A DNA stretch of 63,440 nucleotides, filler included. It is 5 parts of 5 records of this genome, joined end to end, with 100 filler letters (N's around TTAATTAATTAA, not from the genome) between each part and the next. Parts side by side here need not be neighbours in the genome. Positions count along the whole stretch, not along the records: positions 18,230 to 37,059 come from SRR11831586_144; positions 37,160 to 48,642 come from SRR11831586_146; positions 48,743 to 56,722 come from SRR11831586_148; 2 more parts are not named here. The stretch is one strand, 5' to 3'. Position 1 is the stretch's first letter. The number at the start of each line of letters is the position of its first letter. Shown here piece after piece: positions 34,815-49,660 of the stretch. A model generated the notes under the pieces. That model was not told the origin of the DNA. It did not search any database and worked only from the letters and a program-made list of their open reading frames with translations. The position numbers and the translations under genes are program-made.

Positions 34815-36308
34815 ATGGACGCCATGAAATATAACGATTTACGCGACTTCTTGACGCTGCTTGAACAGCAGGGTGAGCTAAAACGTATCACGCTCCCGGT
34901 GGATCCGCATCTGGAAATCACTGAAATTGCTGACCGCACTTTGCGTGCCGGTGGGCCTGCGCTGTTGTTCGAAAACCCTAAAGGCTACTCAATGCCGGTG
35001 CTGTGCAACCTGTTCGGTACGCCAAAGCGCGTGGCGATGGGCATGGGGCAGGAAGATGTTTCGGCGCTGCGTGAAGTTGGTAAATTATTGGCGTTTCTGA
35101 AAGAGCCGGAGCCGCCAAAAGGTTTCCGCGACCTGTTTGATAAACTGCCGCAGTTTAAGCAAGTATTGAACATGCCGACAAAGCGGCTGCGTGGTGCGCC
35201 CTGCCAACAAAAAATCGTCTCTGGCGATGACGTCGATCTCAATCGCATTCCCATTATGACCTGCTGGCCGGAAGATGCCGCGCCGCTGATTACCTGGGGG
35301 CTGACAGTGACGCGCGGCCCACATAAAGAGCGGCAGAATCTGGGCATTTATCGCCAGCAGCTGATTGGTAAAAACAAACTGATTATGCGCTGGCTGTCGC
35401 ATCGCGGCGGCGCGCTGGATTATCAGGAGTGGTGTGCGGCGCATCCGGGCGAACGTTTCCCGGTTTCTGTGGCGCTGGGTGCCGATCCCGCCACGATTCT
35501 CGGTGCAGTCACTCCCGTTCCGGATACGCTTTCAGAGTATGCGTTTGCCGGATTGCTACGTGGCACCAAGACCGAAGTGGTGAAGTGTATCTCCAATGAT
35601 CTTGAAGTGCCCGCCAGTGCGGAGATTGTGCTGGAAGGGTATATCGAACAAGGCGAAACTGCGCCGGAAGGGCCGTATGGCGACCACACCGGTTACTATA
35701 ATGAAGTCGATAGTTTCCCGGTATTTACCGTGACGCATATTACCCAGCGTGAAGATGCGATTTACCATTCCACCTATACCGGGCGTCCGCCAGATGAGCC
35801 CGCGGTGCTGGGTGTCGCACTGAACGAAGTGTTTGTGCCGATTCTGCAAAAACAGTTCCCGGAAATTGTCGATTTTTACCTGCCGCCGGAAGGCTGCTCT
35901 TATCGCCTGGCGGTAGTGACAATCAAAAAACAGTACGCCGGACACGCGAAGCGCGTCATGATGGGCGTCTGGTCGTTCTTACGCCAGTTTATGTACACTA
36001 AATTTGTGATCGTTTGCGATGATGACGTTAACGCACGCGACTGGAACGATGTGATTTGGGCGATTACCACCCGTATGGACCCGGCGCGGGATACTGTTCT
36101 GGTAGAAAATACGCCTATTGATTATCTGGATTTTGCCTCGCCTGTCTCCGGGCTGGGTTCAAAAATGGGGCTGGATGCCACGAATAAATGGCCGGGGGAA
36201 ACCCAGCGTGAATGGGGACGTCCCATCAAAAAAGATCCAGATGTTGTCGCGCATATTGACGCCATCTGGGATGAACTGGCTATTTTTAACAACGGTAAAA
36301 GCGCCTGA
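34815..36308 (+). CDS. ubiD: 3-octaprenyl-4-hydroxybenzoate decarboxylase
   Basis: [11 protein letters not shown] motif; 497 aa; TATAAT upstream. Confidence 0.97.
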   Translation: MDAMKYNDLRDFLTLLEQQGELKRITLPVDPHLEITEIADRTLRAGGPALLFENPKGYSMPVLCNLFGTPKRVAMGMGQEDVSALREVGKLLAFLKEPEPPKGFRDLFDKLPQFKQVLNMPTKRLRGAPCQQKIVSGDDVDLNRIPIMTCWPEDAAPLITWGLTVTRGPHKERQNLGIYRQQLIGKNKLIMRWLSHRGGALDYQEWCAAHPGERFPVSVALGADPATILGAVTPVPDTLSEYAFAGLLRGTKTEVVKCISNDLEVPASAEIVLEGYIEQGETAPEGPYGDHTGYYNEVDSFPVFTVTHITQREDAIYHSTYTGRPPDEPAVLGVALNEVFVPILQKQFPEIVDFYLPPEGCSYRLAVVTIKKQYAGHAKRVMMGVWSFLRQFMYTKFVIVCDDDVNARDWNDVIWAITTRMDPARDTVLVENTPIDYLDFASPVSGLGSKMGLDATNKWPGETQREWGRPIKKDPDVVAHIDAIWDELAIFNNGKSA

Positions 36309-36353
36309 TGCGCGTTTGTTTTGCCCTATTTATCGATCCGACAGAGAAAGCGC

Positions 36354-37055
36354 ATGACAACCTTAAGCTGTAAAGTGACCTCGGTAGAAGCTATCACGGA
36401 TACCGTATATCGTGTCCGCATCGTGCCAGACGCGGCCTTTTCTTTTCGTGCTGGTCAGTATTTGATGGTAGTGATGGATGAGCGCGACAAACGTCCGTTC
36501 TCAATGGCTTCGACGCCGGATGAAAAAGGGTTTATCGAGCTGCATATTGGCGCTTCTGAAATCAACCTTTACGCGAAAGCAGTCATGGACCGCATCCTCA
36601 AAGATCATCAAATCGTGGTCGACATTCCCCACGGAGAAGCGTGGCTGCGCGATGATGAAGAGCGTCCGATGATTTTGATTGCGGGCGGCACCGGGTTCTC
36701 TTATGCCCGCTCGATTTTGCTGACAGCGTTGGCGCGTAACCCAAACCGTGATATCACCATTTACTGGGGCGGGCGTGAAGAGCAGCATCTGTATGATCTC
36801 TGCGAGCTTGAGGCGCTTTCGTTGAAGCATCCTGGTCTGCAAGTGGTGCCGGTGGTTGAACAACCGGAAGCGGGCTGGCGTGGGCGTACTGGCACCGTGT
36901 TAACGGCGGTATTGCAGGATCACGGTACGCTGGCAGAGCATGATATCTATATTGCCGGACGTTTTGAGATGGCGAAAATTGCCCGCGATCTGTTTTGCAG
37001 TGAGCGTAATGCGCGGGAAGATCGCCTGTTTGGCGATGCGTTTGCATTTATCTGA
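36354..37055 (+). CDS. fre: NAD(P)H-flavin reductase
   Basis: RPFS and AGGTG motifs; 233 aa from ATG 36354. Confidence 0.96.
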
Positions 37056-37059
37056 GATA

Positions 37060-37159
37060 NNNNNNNNNNNNNNNNNNNNNNNNNNNNNNNNNNNNNNNNN
37101 NNNTTAATTAATTAANNNNNNNNNNNNNNNNNNNNNNNNNNNNNNNNNNNNNNNNNNNN
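37060..37159. other. Artificial contig linker
   Basis: N44-TTAATTAATTAA-N44. Confidence 0.99.
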
Positions 37160-38261
<1,102 letters not shown>

Positions 38262-38301
38262 TCAGAAAAACAGTCCAACGTTTTAAACCAGCGCCGCGGA
38301 A

Positions 38302-39372
38302 TTACTCCCCGACGCGCTCATTAATTGCCTGCGGATTGTACGTGATAAACATCGCATCACCGTAACTAAAAAAGCGATATTTCTCTTCTACCGCTGCTTT
38401 ATAGGCGTTCATGGTGTGTTGATAACCGGCAAAGGCCGAAACCAGCATAATCAGCGTCGACTCTGGCAAGTGGAAGTTCGTCACCAGCGCATCGACCACT
38501 TTGTACTGGAAGCCCGGATAGATAAAGATTTGGGTATCGTCGAAGAACGGTTCAATGAGATCGTTTTTCGCTGCCTGAGCCGCGCTTTCCAGCGAACGTA
38601 CTGAAGTGGTGCCAACCGCAATCACCCGGTTACCGCGCGCTTTCGCCGCCAGTACCGCGTCTACCACATCCTGCGGTACTTCAGCGTATTCCGAGTGCAT
38701 GATGTGATCTTCAATGGTGTCGACGCGCACCGGCTGGAAGGTGCCCGCACCAACGTGCAACGTCACAAACGCCATCTCCACGCCTTTGGCGCGCAATTTT
38801 TCCAGCAAAGGCTCGTCAAAATGCAGACCTGCGGTCGGGGCTGCAACCGCGCCCGGTTTTTCGCTATAAACGGTTTGATAAAGTTCGCGGTCAGCGTCTT
38901 CGTCCGGACGGTCGATATACGGCGGCAGCGGCATATGGCCGATGCTGTTGAGAATATCCAGCACCGAGCGTTCATCATTAAATTCGACTTCAAACAGTGC
39001 GCCGTGGCGCGCGGTCATTGTTGCGTTAATACTTTCGTCATCGCCCAGCAGCAGTTCTGCGCCAGGTTTTGGCGCTTTCGAGGCGCGAATATGCGCAAGA
39101 ATGCGTTTGTCGTCGAGCATCCGTTCAACCAGCACTTCAATCTTGCCGCCGCTGGCTTTACGCCCAAACAGGCGCGCCGGGATCACGCGGGTATTATTAA
39201 AAACCAGAAGATCGCCGGGGTTGAGCTTATCAAGTAAATCGGTGAAAGTACCGTGCGTCAGCGCGCCCGTCGGCCCGTCCAGCGACAGTAAACGACAGCT
39301 ACTGCGTTCAGGCATGGGATAGTGGGCAATCAGGGATTCGGGCAATTCAAAGGAGAAATCGGTAACGCGCAT
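38302..39372 (-). CDS. queA: SAM:tRNA ribosyltransferase-isomerase
   Basis: [26 protein letters not shown] motifs. Confidence 0.98.
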
Positions 39373-39464
39373 GACACTGACTCAGACTAAAATAAGAGGC
39401 GGGTAGTCTAGTGCCGGGGCGCTCTCCCTGCAACCTTTACCCCCTTTTGGATAGAATATAATCG

Positions 39465-40046
39465 ATGAATTTTTTAGCTCACCTGCATTTAGCCCATCTC
39501 GCGGAAAGCTCGCTTTCCGGCAATTTACTGGCTGATTTCGTACGCGGAAATCCTGAAGAAAGTTTTCCGCCCGACGTCGTGGCTGGCATTCATATGCATC
39601 GACGTATCGACGTATTGACTGACAATCTGCCGGAAGTCCGCGAAGCACGGGAGTGGTTTCGTAGTGAAACGCGCCGCGTTGCGCCTATTACGCTGGATGT
39701 CATGTGGGATCACTTTCTTTCCCGCCACTGGTCGCAGCTGTCGCCGGACTTTCCGCTACAGGAATTTGTCTGTTATGCCCGCGAGCAAGTGATGACGATT
39801 TTGCCGGACTCACCGCCACGTTTTATCAATCTGAACAATTACTTGTGGTCAGAGCAGTGGCTGGTGCGCTATCGCGATATGGATTTCATCCAGAACGTGT
39901 TAAACGGCATGGCAAGCCGCCGCCCACGTCTGGATGCCCTGCGTGACTCCTGGTACGATTTAGACGCTCATTATGACGCCCTCGAAACCCGCTTCTGGCA
40001 GTTTTATCCGCGGATGATGGCGCAGGCGTCACGCAAGGCGTTATAA
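39465..40046 (+). CDS. acpH: Acyl carrier protein phosphodiesterase
   Basis: [25 protein letters not shown] motifs. Confidence 0.95.
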   Translation: MNFLAHLHLAHLAESSLSGNLLADFVRGNPEESFPPDVVAGIHMHRRIDVLTDNLPEVREAREWFRSETRRVAPITLDVMWDHFLSRHWSQLSPDFPLQEFVCYAREQVMTILPDSPPRFINLNNYLWSEQWLVRYRDMDFIQNVLNGMASRRPRLDALRDSWYDLDAHYDALETRFWQFYPRMMAQASRKAL

Positions 40047-40050
40047 AACG

Positions 40051-41865
40051 TTAGTTCATCCATACCGTAGCCGAAATGGCAGGCAAAGCCAGAATCCCGT
40101 CAGTCAGTTGCCCATGCCCTTCTTTGCATTGCCATTGCACGGCATTGAGAAACGGTGACGCGGGTAGCACCACTTCACAGGCCTCGCCACGGTTGATTGC
40201 CACCAGTACACGTTGCTGATTCAGCACGCGGACAAATACCACCACGTTATCTTCCGCATACAGCACCTGACAGCCGCCATGACGTAGCGCCTGACTTTTC
40301 TTACGCAGCGCAATCATTCGCTGGTACAGCGCGAATAACGCCGTATCCTGCTTTTCCACCTGCCAGGGGAACGGTTTACGGCAAAACGGATCGTTTTTGC
40401 CATCCAGTCCTACTTCATCACCGTAATAAATGCACGGTACACCAGGCCAGGTGAACAGCCAGACCACCGCCAGCGGCAGGCGCGCAATATCCCGACCGAG
40501 CAGCGTTTTAAATCGCGCAGTATCGTGGCTGTCGAGCTGATTAAACATACGTAATTGTTGTTGATGAGAAAGCCCTGCGCGGTAATTATCCATCCAGGCC
40601 ATACAGGTTTGGGCATCAATTTGCTGCGGATCGTAAGAGATATCGGTATTGGCAAGAAATCCCCACAACGGGAATGTGAAGCCACGATAGTTCATGGCGG
40701 CATCTTCCACATCGGCCTGTAACCATTGCCGTGCATCGCCAAAATGTTCGCCGACAATATACGCTTCCGGCTGGGTTTCTTTCGCCGCTTCGGTGATCCC
40801 GGCAACGTGCTGCATATTATTGCGCGCCCCACCCGCCTCCCCCAGCATATGCACCACATCCAGCCGCCAGCCGTCCATATTCCACGGCGCTTTCAGCCAG
40901 TGGCGGACAATACTGTCTTCCCCGCGATAAATTTCATTCACCAGACTTTCCGACTGATAATCCAGCTTCGGCAAGCTGGCATAGCCAAGCCAGTCGAGCG
41001 CCGTGCCATCATCACTAAACGAGTACCAGTCGCGCCAGGGCGATTCGGGGTTGTGACAAGCACCACCCGTGCCACGATTATGCCTGTCAAACCAGGCATG
41101 GGAATCGCCACTGTGGTTAAACACGCCGTCCAGCACCAGCCGCATTCCCAGCTGCTGCGTATTGTGTCGCAAACGCAGCAACGCCCCATCACCGCCAAAC
41201 TGCGGATCGACATGGCGATAATCCTCGGTATCGTATTTATGTACGCTGGGAGCTTTAAACACCGGATTGAGATACAGCGCTGTCACGCCAAGCTTTTTCA
41301 GATACGGCAGTTTTTCGCTTATCCCGTCCAGATCGCCGCCATAGAACGTTGATCCGCCCGCCTGCGCCGTGACCGGTTCATCCCAGTCACGCAAGATGAT
41401 CTCTTGTCCGGCTGCATGATGGTAATAGACATGATCCTGTTCAGCTTCACGAGGAAGACTACGCGCAAAACGATCAGGGAAGATCTGATAAAAAATCTGA
41501 TCCGCAGCCCATTGTGGGCCGATATCCGGTACATCGACGGCAAACTGCTCCAGTCGTGCCGGCGGCATTCGGCTGAAGCCCTGCGGTGTAAACCAACGCT
41601 GGCGATCGTGCCACAGCAGTTTGAAACTGTAACGCCGCCGGGGTTGTCCGCTGGAGAGATCAATCGCCGCACGCCATGCGGTGACGCCAGGCTGCGGCTG
41701 ACTGCGCTGCTTATGCATCGGTACTGACATTTCTTCGTTATCGTGTTCTGTACGCAGCATAATGCGCTGCGGTGGGTCTTCGCCCGTCAGCCACAGTGTA
41801 ATGAGCAGTTGATCTTTGCTTTGTTTAACAAATGGGGGCACCGGCAGGTGCCATGCATTTAACAT
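40051..41865 (-). CDS. malZ: Maltodextrin glucosidase (GH13)
   Basis: DGVFNH, DGWRLDV, GEH, DSHD conserved regions. Confidence 0.97.
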
Positions 41866-41943
41866 CATAATTCCCCTGTGATGAAAATCTGATCACCTTG
41901 CCATAGCCTAATGCAGGATCACTCATCATCTGAAGGATATTTG

Positions 41944-41953
41944 GGGGAGGAGG
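41944..41953 (+). promoter_or_regulatory. MalT box upstream of malZ
   Basis: GGGGAGGAGG matches consensus GGGGA(T/G)GAGG. Confidence 0.7.
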
Positions 41954-42023
41954 ACGGGGGCGGATAACTTTCGGAATAGCCGGATCAGGATTTCCTCCTG
42001 AACCGGCTTACAGAACGCAAGGA

Positions 42024-43397
42024 TTACTGGTTTTCAGCCAGCTGACGATCGTGGCGGCGTTTAAACATCCAGCCAATCAACAGCACAACAATCCACGCGA
42101 AACCGACATACAGCGAGATACGCGTATCCGGGTGATAACCAATCAACCCGATAATAAAGAGCAGGAAAATCAGCCCGCCGATGGTCGTTGCTACCCCACC
42201 CGGCACTTTAAATTTCAGCGCCTTAACTTCTTCTGGCGGCAAACGGCGACGGAAGGCAATTTGCGACAGCAGGATCATAATCCACACCCACACCGTGGCG
42301 AAGGTTGCCAGCGAAGCGATCACCAGGAAGACGTTTTCCGGCATGATGTAGTTCAGATACACCGCAAACAGCAGCGCGGTAGTCATCACCAGCACCGTAA
42401 CCCACGGAATACCGCGACGCGACGTTTTGCTGAAAATTTTCGGCGCGCTGCCCTGCTCTGCCATACCGTGGAGCATACGGCCTACGCCAAATACATCACT
42501 GTTAATTGCCGACAGCGAAGCAGTCAGCACAACAAAGTTAAGAATGCTGGCGGCAAAGGTAATGCCCATATGCTGGAACGTCAGCACGAACGGGCTACCG
42601 GCAGTGCCAACCTGATTCCACGGGTAGATAGACATAATGACGAACAGCGTACCGACGTAGAACACCAGAATACGCATCGGCACGGAGTTAATCGCACGCG
42701 GTATCGATTTCTCAGGATCTTTCGCTTCACCGGCGGTAATCCCGATAATTTCGATCCCACCGTAAGCAAACATCACCATTTGCAACGACATTACCATGCC
42801 AAGCCAGCCGTTACTGAAGAAGCCGCCGTTGCTCCACAGGTTATGAATACCGGTCGGTTGCCCGCCGTTGCCAATCCCCCAGATGATGATGCCGAAACCG
42901 GCGACAATCATGATGATGATGGTGGCGACTTTAAAGAACGAGAACCAGAATTCCAGCTCACCGAATACCTTCACGCTCATCAGGTTTACGGCGCAAATGA
43001 TCAGCACCACGCTCAGTACCCAAATCCAGTGCGGCACCGTCGGGAACCAGACACCCATATAGATACCAAAAGCGGTCACATCGGCGATGGCGACAATAAG
43101 GATTTCAAAGCAGTAGGTCCAGCCGGTAATGTAACCTGCCAGCGGGCCGAGGTTTTCCTGCGCATAACGCGAGAAAGAGCTGGCGGCCGGGTTATGTACC
43201 GACATTTCCCCCAGCGCACGCATAATGATATACGCCGCGATACCACCGATAATATAGGCCAACAACACGCTCGGACCGGCCATTTTGATGGCGTCTGCCG
43301 AACCGTAAAACAGCCCGGTGCCAATTGCTGAACCCAGTGCCATAAAGCGTATGTGGCGGGTACTTAGCCCACGCTTTAGCTTGTTCTTACTTTCCAT
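42024..43397 (-). CDS. proY: APC-family putative proline permease
   Basis: [27 protein letters not shown] motifs. Confidence 0.95.
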   Translation of the reverse strand: MESKNKLKRGLSTRHIRFMALGSAIGTGLFYGSADAIKMAGPSVLLAYIIGGIAAYIIMRALGEMSVHNPAASSFSRYAQENLGPLAGYITGWTYCFEILIVAIADVTAFGIYMGVWFPTVPHWIWVLSVVLIICAVNLMSVKVFGELEFWFSFFKVATIIIMIVAGFGIIIWGIGNGGQPTGIHNLWSNGGFFSNGWLGMVMSLQMVMFAYGGIEIIGITAGEAKDPEKSIPRAINSVPMRILVFYVGTLFVIMSIYPWNQVGTAGSPFVLTFQHMGITFAASILNFVVLTASLSAINSDVFGVGRMLHGMAEQGSAPKIFSKTSRRGIPWVTVLVMTTALLFAVYLNYIMPENVFLVIASLATFATVWVWIMILLSQIAFRRRLPPEEVKALKFKVPGGVATTIGGLIFLLFIIGLIGYHPDTRISLYVGFAWIVVLLIGWMFKRRHDRQLAENQ

Positions 43398-43421
43398 CAA
43401 TTCCTAACCCATCAACACAAT

Positions 43422-43453
43422 AAAAAACCACGGGGCATCGCAGCCCCGTGGTT
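43422..43453 (-). terminator. Intrinsic terminator after brnQ
   Basis: AACCACGGGGC-N5-GCCCCGTGGTTTTTT on the minus strand. Confidence 0.85.
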
Positions 43454-43472
43454 AAAACAAATGTTCAGTGAT

Positions 43473-44792
43473 TTAGTGAGCGCTGGAGGTCACCTGACGA
43501 CCTGCCGCGCGATCCCAGATAATGGCCAGAACCACCATCACCACTGTTGGCATTAACCACGCCAGACCTTGTTCGGCCAGCGGTAAACGCTGCGCCCAGG
43601 ACGGTAAGATATCGCTGAATGCAGATGCTTTGATCCCGTCGAGAATACCAAAAAGCAGGCTGATAAACATCGGCGGAGCAATCACGCGGGACGAATTATG
43701 CCACCATGAGCGTGTAAAACTTAATACAACCAGTGCGATACACGGCGGATAAATAGCGGTCAGCACCGGTACGGAGATCTGGATCAGCTGGCTTAAGCCG
43801 AGGTTAGAAACCACCATCGAGAAGCCGCCGAGGATAAACACCAGCGTACGATAAGAGAGCGGTACGTACTGGGCAAAGAATTCTGCACAAGCACAGGTCA
43901 GGCCAACTGCCGTTACCAGGCAGGCGATGAAGATTAACGCCGCCAGCAGGAAGCTACCGCCGCCGCCAAAGGTGTGCTGAACGTAAGCATGCAGAATAGC
44001 AGCGCCGTTTGCAGACTGATCGACCAGCGACGCGCTGTCTGACCCCAGACGGAACAGCGCCAGGTACAGCAGAGTCAGACCAACACCCGCCATCAGGCCA
44101 GCCCAGACGGTATAACGGGTCAGCAGACGCGCTTCGGTAACGCCACGAGAACGCGCCGCGTTAACAATAACGATACCAAACACCATTGCGCCCAGCGTAT
44201 CCATGGTCAGATAGCCGTTAACGAAGCCGTTAGAAAACGCAGCGTTTTGATAAGCCTCAGTCGCCGTGCTGATAGAACCCGCCGGCCAGACAATAGCGGC
44301 AACAGACAGGATGACCAGCGCGATAATTTTCAGCGGCGCAAGGAAGTTGCCCACGGTATCCAGCAGCTTGCCCGGATAGAGCGAAACCAGAATAACGATA
44401 GCGAAATAGACCAGGCTGTAGATAAACAGCGGCAGCGCGGAATCACCCGTCAGCGGCGCAATCCCCACTTCAAAGGAAACGGTAGCTGTACGCGGCGTAG
44501 CGAAAAGCGGCCCCACCGCCAGGTAACAAACCGTTGCCAGCAGTACGCCAGCGACTTTACCGATTGGCGTGCTGAGGCTGTCAACACCGCCGCCAACTTT
44601 TGCCAGCGCCACTACCGTTAATACCGGCAGGCCAACGGCAGTAATGAGGAAGCCGAATGCCGCAGTCCAGACGTGTTCGCCTGCCTGTAAGCCGACCATT
44701 GGAGGGAAAATAATGTTACCTGCGCCGACGAACAACGCAAATGTCATAAAGCCCAGAGCGATGATATCGCGCGATCTTAATTGATGGGTCAT
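43473..44792 (-). CDS. brnQ: Branched-chain amino acid transporter LIV-II
   Basis: [20 protein letters not shown] motifs. Confidence 0.97.
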   Translation of the reverse strand: MTHQLRSRDIIALGFMTFALFVGAGNIIFPPMVGLQAGEHVWTAAFGFLITAVGLPVLTVVALAKVGGGVDSLSTPIGKVAGVLLATVCYLAVGPLFATPRTATVSFEVGIAPLTGDSALPLFIYSLVYFAIVILVSLYPGKLLDTVGNFLAPLKIIALVILSVAAIVWPAGSISTATEAYQNAAFSNGFVNGYLTMDTLGAMVFGIVIVNAARSRGVTEARLLTRYTVWAGLMAGVGLTLLYLALFRLGSDSASLVDQSANGAAILHAYVQHTFGGGGSFLLAALIFIACLVTAVGLTCACAEFFAQYVPLSYRTLVFILGGFSMVVSNLGLSQLIQISVPVLTAIYPPCIALVVLSFTRSWWHNSSRVIAPPMFISLLFGILDGIKASAFSDILPSWAQRLPLAEQGLAWLMPTVVMVVLAIIWDRAAGRQVTSSAH

Positions 44793-45146
44793 AAATCATA
44801 CTGCCTGTGGATGTGGTGTTGTAACGTTAAATTTTTGTGCCAATCCCTGGGGATGATACAGCGGTATATTTAAACAATTTTAGCGGGAAATACTCCCAAC
44901 CAGGCGCGGCGAAGAATAGTTTTTCGATTTACCGCGTTAATGCAGTCAGTATGACAGCACCTGAAGCGCAATTTAAACGCTTATAACGTTTTAAAGCAAG
45001 GAGGGATCTAAAAACCAGAGGTATATAGCGATAAGAAATCACCAACCAGTATAAAACACTATTTCCGTGAAAAAGACATGGCTAATCATGCGAACAAAAA
45101 ATCACCAATCGTTGTAAAATCTAACGCCCGTATTTTGACTGCAAAG

Positions 45147-45173
45147 AAAATAAGCCAGCATCGACTGGCTTAT
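45147..45173 (-). terminator. Terminator after phoR
   Basis: ATAAGCCAG-N6-CTGGCTTAT then TTTCTTT on the minus strand. Confidence 0.7.
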
Positions 45174-45198
45174 GGCAATAAAAGATGACAAAGGCGGA

Positions 45199-46494
45199 TT
45201 AATCGCTGTTTTTGGCAATTAAACGTTCCGGGATAACAAAACTGAAACGTGTTCCTTTTCCTACTGTACTCTCAATATTCAGGCGACTTTCGTGATGATT
45301 CACAGCATGTTTCACGATCGCTAACCCTAATCCGCTACCGCCGGTTTGCCGGGAACGCGCTTTATCAACGCGATAAAAACGCTCGGTCAGGCGCGGAATA
45401 TGCTCCGGTGCAATGCCCGGTCCGTTATCTTCAACGCTAAATTCGGCACCGTGCGGCACTCGCTGCCAGCGTACGGTGATATGCGTGCCTTCCGGCGTAT
45501 GATTCACGGCGTTATAGACCAGGTTCGAAATCGCACTGCGTAGCTGATCTTCGTTGCCAGACACCTTGAGGCCGTTATCTATCTCAAAGGTAAATGTCTG
45601 TTTTTTCTGACTCAGAGTCTGAGCCTCGCGCTCAACAACGCGCAGCATCATCGGCACATCAACCTTTTCATTGAGCAAATGCGTCGGTGCGGCTTCTATT
45701 TTCGACAGCGTCAGCAATTGCTTCACCAGTCCTTCCATCCGCTGGGTCTGCTCGCGCATGGTGTGCAACGCTTTTTCGCGTACCGCGCCTTCCAGCGGCT
45801 GCTCATTCATCATCTCCAGGTAACCCTGTAACACGGTCAATGGCGTACGTAACTCATGGCTCACGTTGGCAAAAAAGTTACGCCGCGCCCCTTCCAGTTG
45901 ATGCATTTGCGTGACATCACGCGCCACCATCAGCAACTGTTTGTGGGTATAAGGCATGACGCGAATTTCCAGATGCCGCCCGGTGTTGAGCACCAGATTG
46001 AGCGGGCGAGAAAAATCACGCGTTTTCAGATATTGCGTAAACTCCGGGTAACGCAGTAGGTTAAGGATGTTCTGCCCGTTATCTTCCGGCCAGCGCAAAC
46101 CAAGAATTTGTTGCGCCAGACCGTTACACCAGAAAATACCGCCCTCTTCCGTGGTCAGCACCACCGCGTCGGGCAGCGACTCCGCGCCGCTACGAAAGCG
46201 TTTAATCAGATTGCCCAGTTCACGGCGGCGTTTTTTATTTCGCAGCTGCATCTGGTGTAAGCCGTATAGTAGCGGTTCCCAGCTACCACGCCCCGGTGGC
46301 GGGGTCATACTGCGATCCACCCACAGCCACCATGAAAGGCGCAATAAATTCCAGAAATGCCAGATAAGCAGTCCTGTTACCGATGCCAGCAAAAACCAGG
46401 GCAGGTAACCAAAAAATGCACCCAGGATGAAAGCCGGGAGGCAGCAAAGTAGCAGCTCCAGCACCAGCCTTTTCCACGACAGCCGTTCCAGCAC
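45199..46494 (-). CDS. phoR: Phosphate regulon sensor histidine kinase
   Basis: [10 protein letters not shown]-box, PAS domain, GGSGLGL G-box; GTG start. Confidence 0.98.
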   Translation of the reverse strand: MLERLSWKRLVLELLLCCLPAFILGAFFGYLPWFLLASVTGLLIWHFWNLLRLSWWLWVDRSMTPPPGRGSWEPLLYGLHQMQLRNKKRRRELGNLIKRFRSGAESLPDAVVLTTEEGGIFWCNGLAQQILGLRWPEDNGQNILNLLRYPEFTQYLKTRDFSRPLNLVLNTGRHLEIRVMPYTHKQLLMVARDVTQMHQLEGARRNFFANVSHELRTPLTVLQGYLEMMNEQPLEGAVREKALHTMREQTQRMEGLVKQLLTLSKIEAAPTHLLNEKVDVPMMLRVVEREAQTLSQKKQTFTFEIDNGLKVSGNEDQLRSAISNLVYNAVNHTPEGTHITVRWQRVPHGAEFSVEDNGPGIAPEHIPRLTERFYRVDKARSRQTGGSGLGLAIVKHAVNHHESRLNIESTVGKGTRFSFVIPERLIAKNSD

Positions 46495-46551
46495 GTAAGA
46501 TACTCCAGTTAAGAAATCATAAGCCCTGCTCTGCGTCCGATGAGCAAGGCG

Positions 46552-47241
46552 TTAAAAGCGGGTTGAAAAACGATATCCTGTACCGCGCACGGTCTGCACC
46601 ATGCGGTCATGCCCGCCGGGCTCCAGTGCTTTACGCAGGCGACGAATGTGGACATCGACCGTGCGGTCTTCCACATACACGTTAGTTCCCCAGACGTGGT
46701 TTAACAGCTGCTCGCGGCTGTACACGCGCTCAGGATGCGTCATAAAAAAGTGCAGCAGTTTAAATTCTGTCGGCCCCATCTCCAGCGGCTCTTCGCCCGC
46801 CATCACTCGGTGAGATGTCGGGTCGAGACTTAATCCCTGCATCTCAATCACCTCTTCCACCGCCATTGGCGAAATACGGCGCATTACCGCTTTGATTCGC
46901 GCCACCAGCTCCTTCGGCGAAAACGGCTTGGTGATATAGTCATCCGCGCCGGTTTCAAGGCCGCGCACGCGATCTTCTTCTTCCCCTCTGGCGGTCAACA
47001 TCACCACTGGAATATCCCGGGTCATCGACTCGCGCTTGAGGTGTTTGATGAACTGGATACCGGAGCCGCCAGGTAACATCCAGTCGAGGAGAATTAAATC
47101 CGGCCAGGGTTCATTCAGTTGATTCACAGCACTGTCATAATCTTCCGCTTCGACCGGCTGAAAGCCATTTTGTTCGAGCACGAAGCAGACCATTTCGCGA
47201 ATTGGAGCTTCATCTTCTACGACCAGAATACGTCTCGCCAT
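46552..47241 (-). CDS. phoB: Phosphate regulon response regulator
   Basis: LLDWMLP receiver, [11 protein letters not shown] winged helix. Confidence 0.98.
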
Positions 47242-47288
47242 GATTTGCCCTGTTGTAATAAATAGGTTGCGATCATTAATGCGACGTC

Positions 47289-47322
47289 ATTATGCGTCAG
47301 ATTTATGACAGATTTATGAAAA
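47289..47322 (-). promoter_or_regulatory. phoB promoter with Pho box
   Basis: TTTTCAT-AAAT-CTGTCAT, then -10 CATAAT 10 bp downstream. Confidence 0.85.
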
Positions 47323-47430
47323 GCTCGTCGCACATATCTTCAGGTTATTGATTTCCGTGGCGCAGAAAAAAGCAAATGGCACATCTGTTTGGGTATAATC
47401 GCGCCCATGCTTTTTCGCCAGGGAACCGTT

Positions 47431-48633
47431 ATGCGCATCCTTCACACCTCAGACTGGCATCTCGGCCAGAACTTCTACAGTAAAAGCCGCGAAGCTGAAC
47501 ATCAGGCTTTTCTTGACTGGCTGCTGGAGACAGCACAAACCCATCAGGTGGATGCGATTATTGTTGCCGGTGATGTTTTCGATACCGGCTCGCCGCCCAG
47601 TTACGCCCGCACGTTATACAACCGTTTTGTTGTCAATTTACAGCAAACTGGCTGTCATCTGGTGGTACTGGCAGGAAACCATGACTCGGTCGCCACGCTG
47701 AATGAATCGCGCGATATCATGGCGTTCCTCAATACTACCGTGGTCGCCAGCGCCGGACATGCGCCGCAAATCTTGCCTCGTCGCGACGGGACGCCAGGCG
47801 CAGTGCTGTGCCCCATTCCGTTTTTACGTCCGCGTGACATTATTACCAGCCAGGCGGGGCTTAACGGTATTGAAAAACAGCAGCATTTACTGGCAGCGAT
47901 TACCGATTATTACCAACAACACTATGCCGATGCCTGCAAACTGCGCGGCGATCAGCCTCTGCCCATCATCGCCACGGGACATTTAACGACCGTGGGGGCC
48001 AGTAAAAGTGACGCCGTGCGTGACATTTATATTGGCACGCTGGACGCGTTTCCGGCACAAAACTTTCCACCAGCCGACTACATCGCGCTCGGGCATATTC
48101 ACCGCGCACAGATTATTGGCGGCATGGAACATGTTCGCTATTGCGGCTCCCCCATTCCACTGAGTTTTGATGAATGCGGTAAGAGTAAATATGTCCATCT
48201 GGTGACATTTTCAAACGGCAAATTAGAGAGCGTGGAAAACCTGAACGTACCGGTAACGCAACCCATGGCAGTGCTGAAAGGCGATCTGGCGTCGATTACC
48301 GCACAGCTGGAACAGTGGCGCGATGTATCGCAGGAGCCACCTGTCTGGCTGGATATCGAAATCACTACTGATGAGTATCTGCATGATATTCAGCGCAAAA
48401 TCCAGGCATTAACCGAATCATTGCCTGTCGAAGTATTGCTGGTACGTCGGAGTCGTGAACAGCGCGAGCGTGTGTTAGCCAGCCAACAGCGTGAAACCCT
48501 CAGCGAACTCAGCGTCGAAGAGGTGTTCAATCGCCGTCTGGCACTGGAAGAACTGGATGAATCGCAGCAGCAACGTCTGCAGCATCTTTTCACCACGACG
48601 TTGCATACCCTCGCCGGAGAACACGAAGCATGA
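47431..48633 (+). CDS. sbcD: SbcCD nuclease subunit (Mre11-like)
   Basis: SDWHLG, GDVFD, GNHD, GHIH phosphoesterase motifs; TATAAT at 47394. Confidence 0.97.
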   Translation: MRILHTSDWHLGQNFYSKSREAEHQAFLDWLLETAQTHQVDAIIVAGDVFDTGSPPSYARTLYNRFVVNLQQTGCHLVVLAGNHDSVATLNESRDIMAFLNTTVVASAGHAPQILPRRDGTPGAVLCPIPFLRPRDIITSQAGLNGIEKQQHLLAAITDYYQQHYADACKLRGDQPLPIIATGHLTTVGASKSDAVRDIYIGTLDAFPAQNFPPADYIALGHIHRAQIIGGMEHVRYCGSPIPLSFDECGKSKYVHLVTFSNGKLESVENLNVPVTQPMAVLKGDLASITAQLEQWRDVSQEPPVWLDIEITTDEYLHDIQRKIQALTESLPVEVLLVRRSREQRERVLASQQRETLSELSVEEVFNRRLALEELDESQQQRLQHLFTTTLHTLAGEHEA

Positions 48634-48642
48634 AAATTCTCA
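48630..48642 (+). CDS. sbcC: First four codons of sbcC (cut by contig end)
   Basis: ATGA overlap with sbcD stop, reads MKIL. Confidence 0.75.
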
Positions 48643-48742
48643 NNNNNNNNNNNNNNNNNNNNNNNNNNNNNNNNNNNNNNNNNNNNTTAATTAATTAANN
48701 NNNNNNNNNNNNNNNNNNNNNNNNNNNNNNNNNNNNNNNNNN
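48643..48742. other. Artificial contig linker
   Basis: N44-TTAATTAATTAA-N44. Confidence 0.99.
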
Positions 48743-49657
<915 letters not shown>

Positions 49658-49660
49658 GGG

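Noticed and set aside
37104..37159. Altered C-terminus of Tgt (and of MurP) in the ORF track
   Set aside because: Translation runs into linker Ns; truncation by the contig end, not a mutation
42051..43331. 426-aa antisense ORF opposite proY
   Set aside because: Shadow frame of a hydrophobic gene; no recognisable motifs or ribosome-binding site
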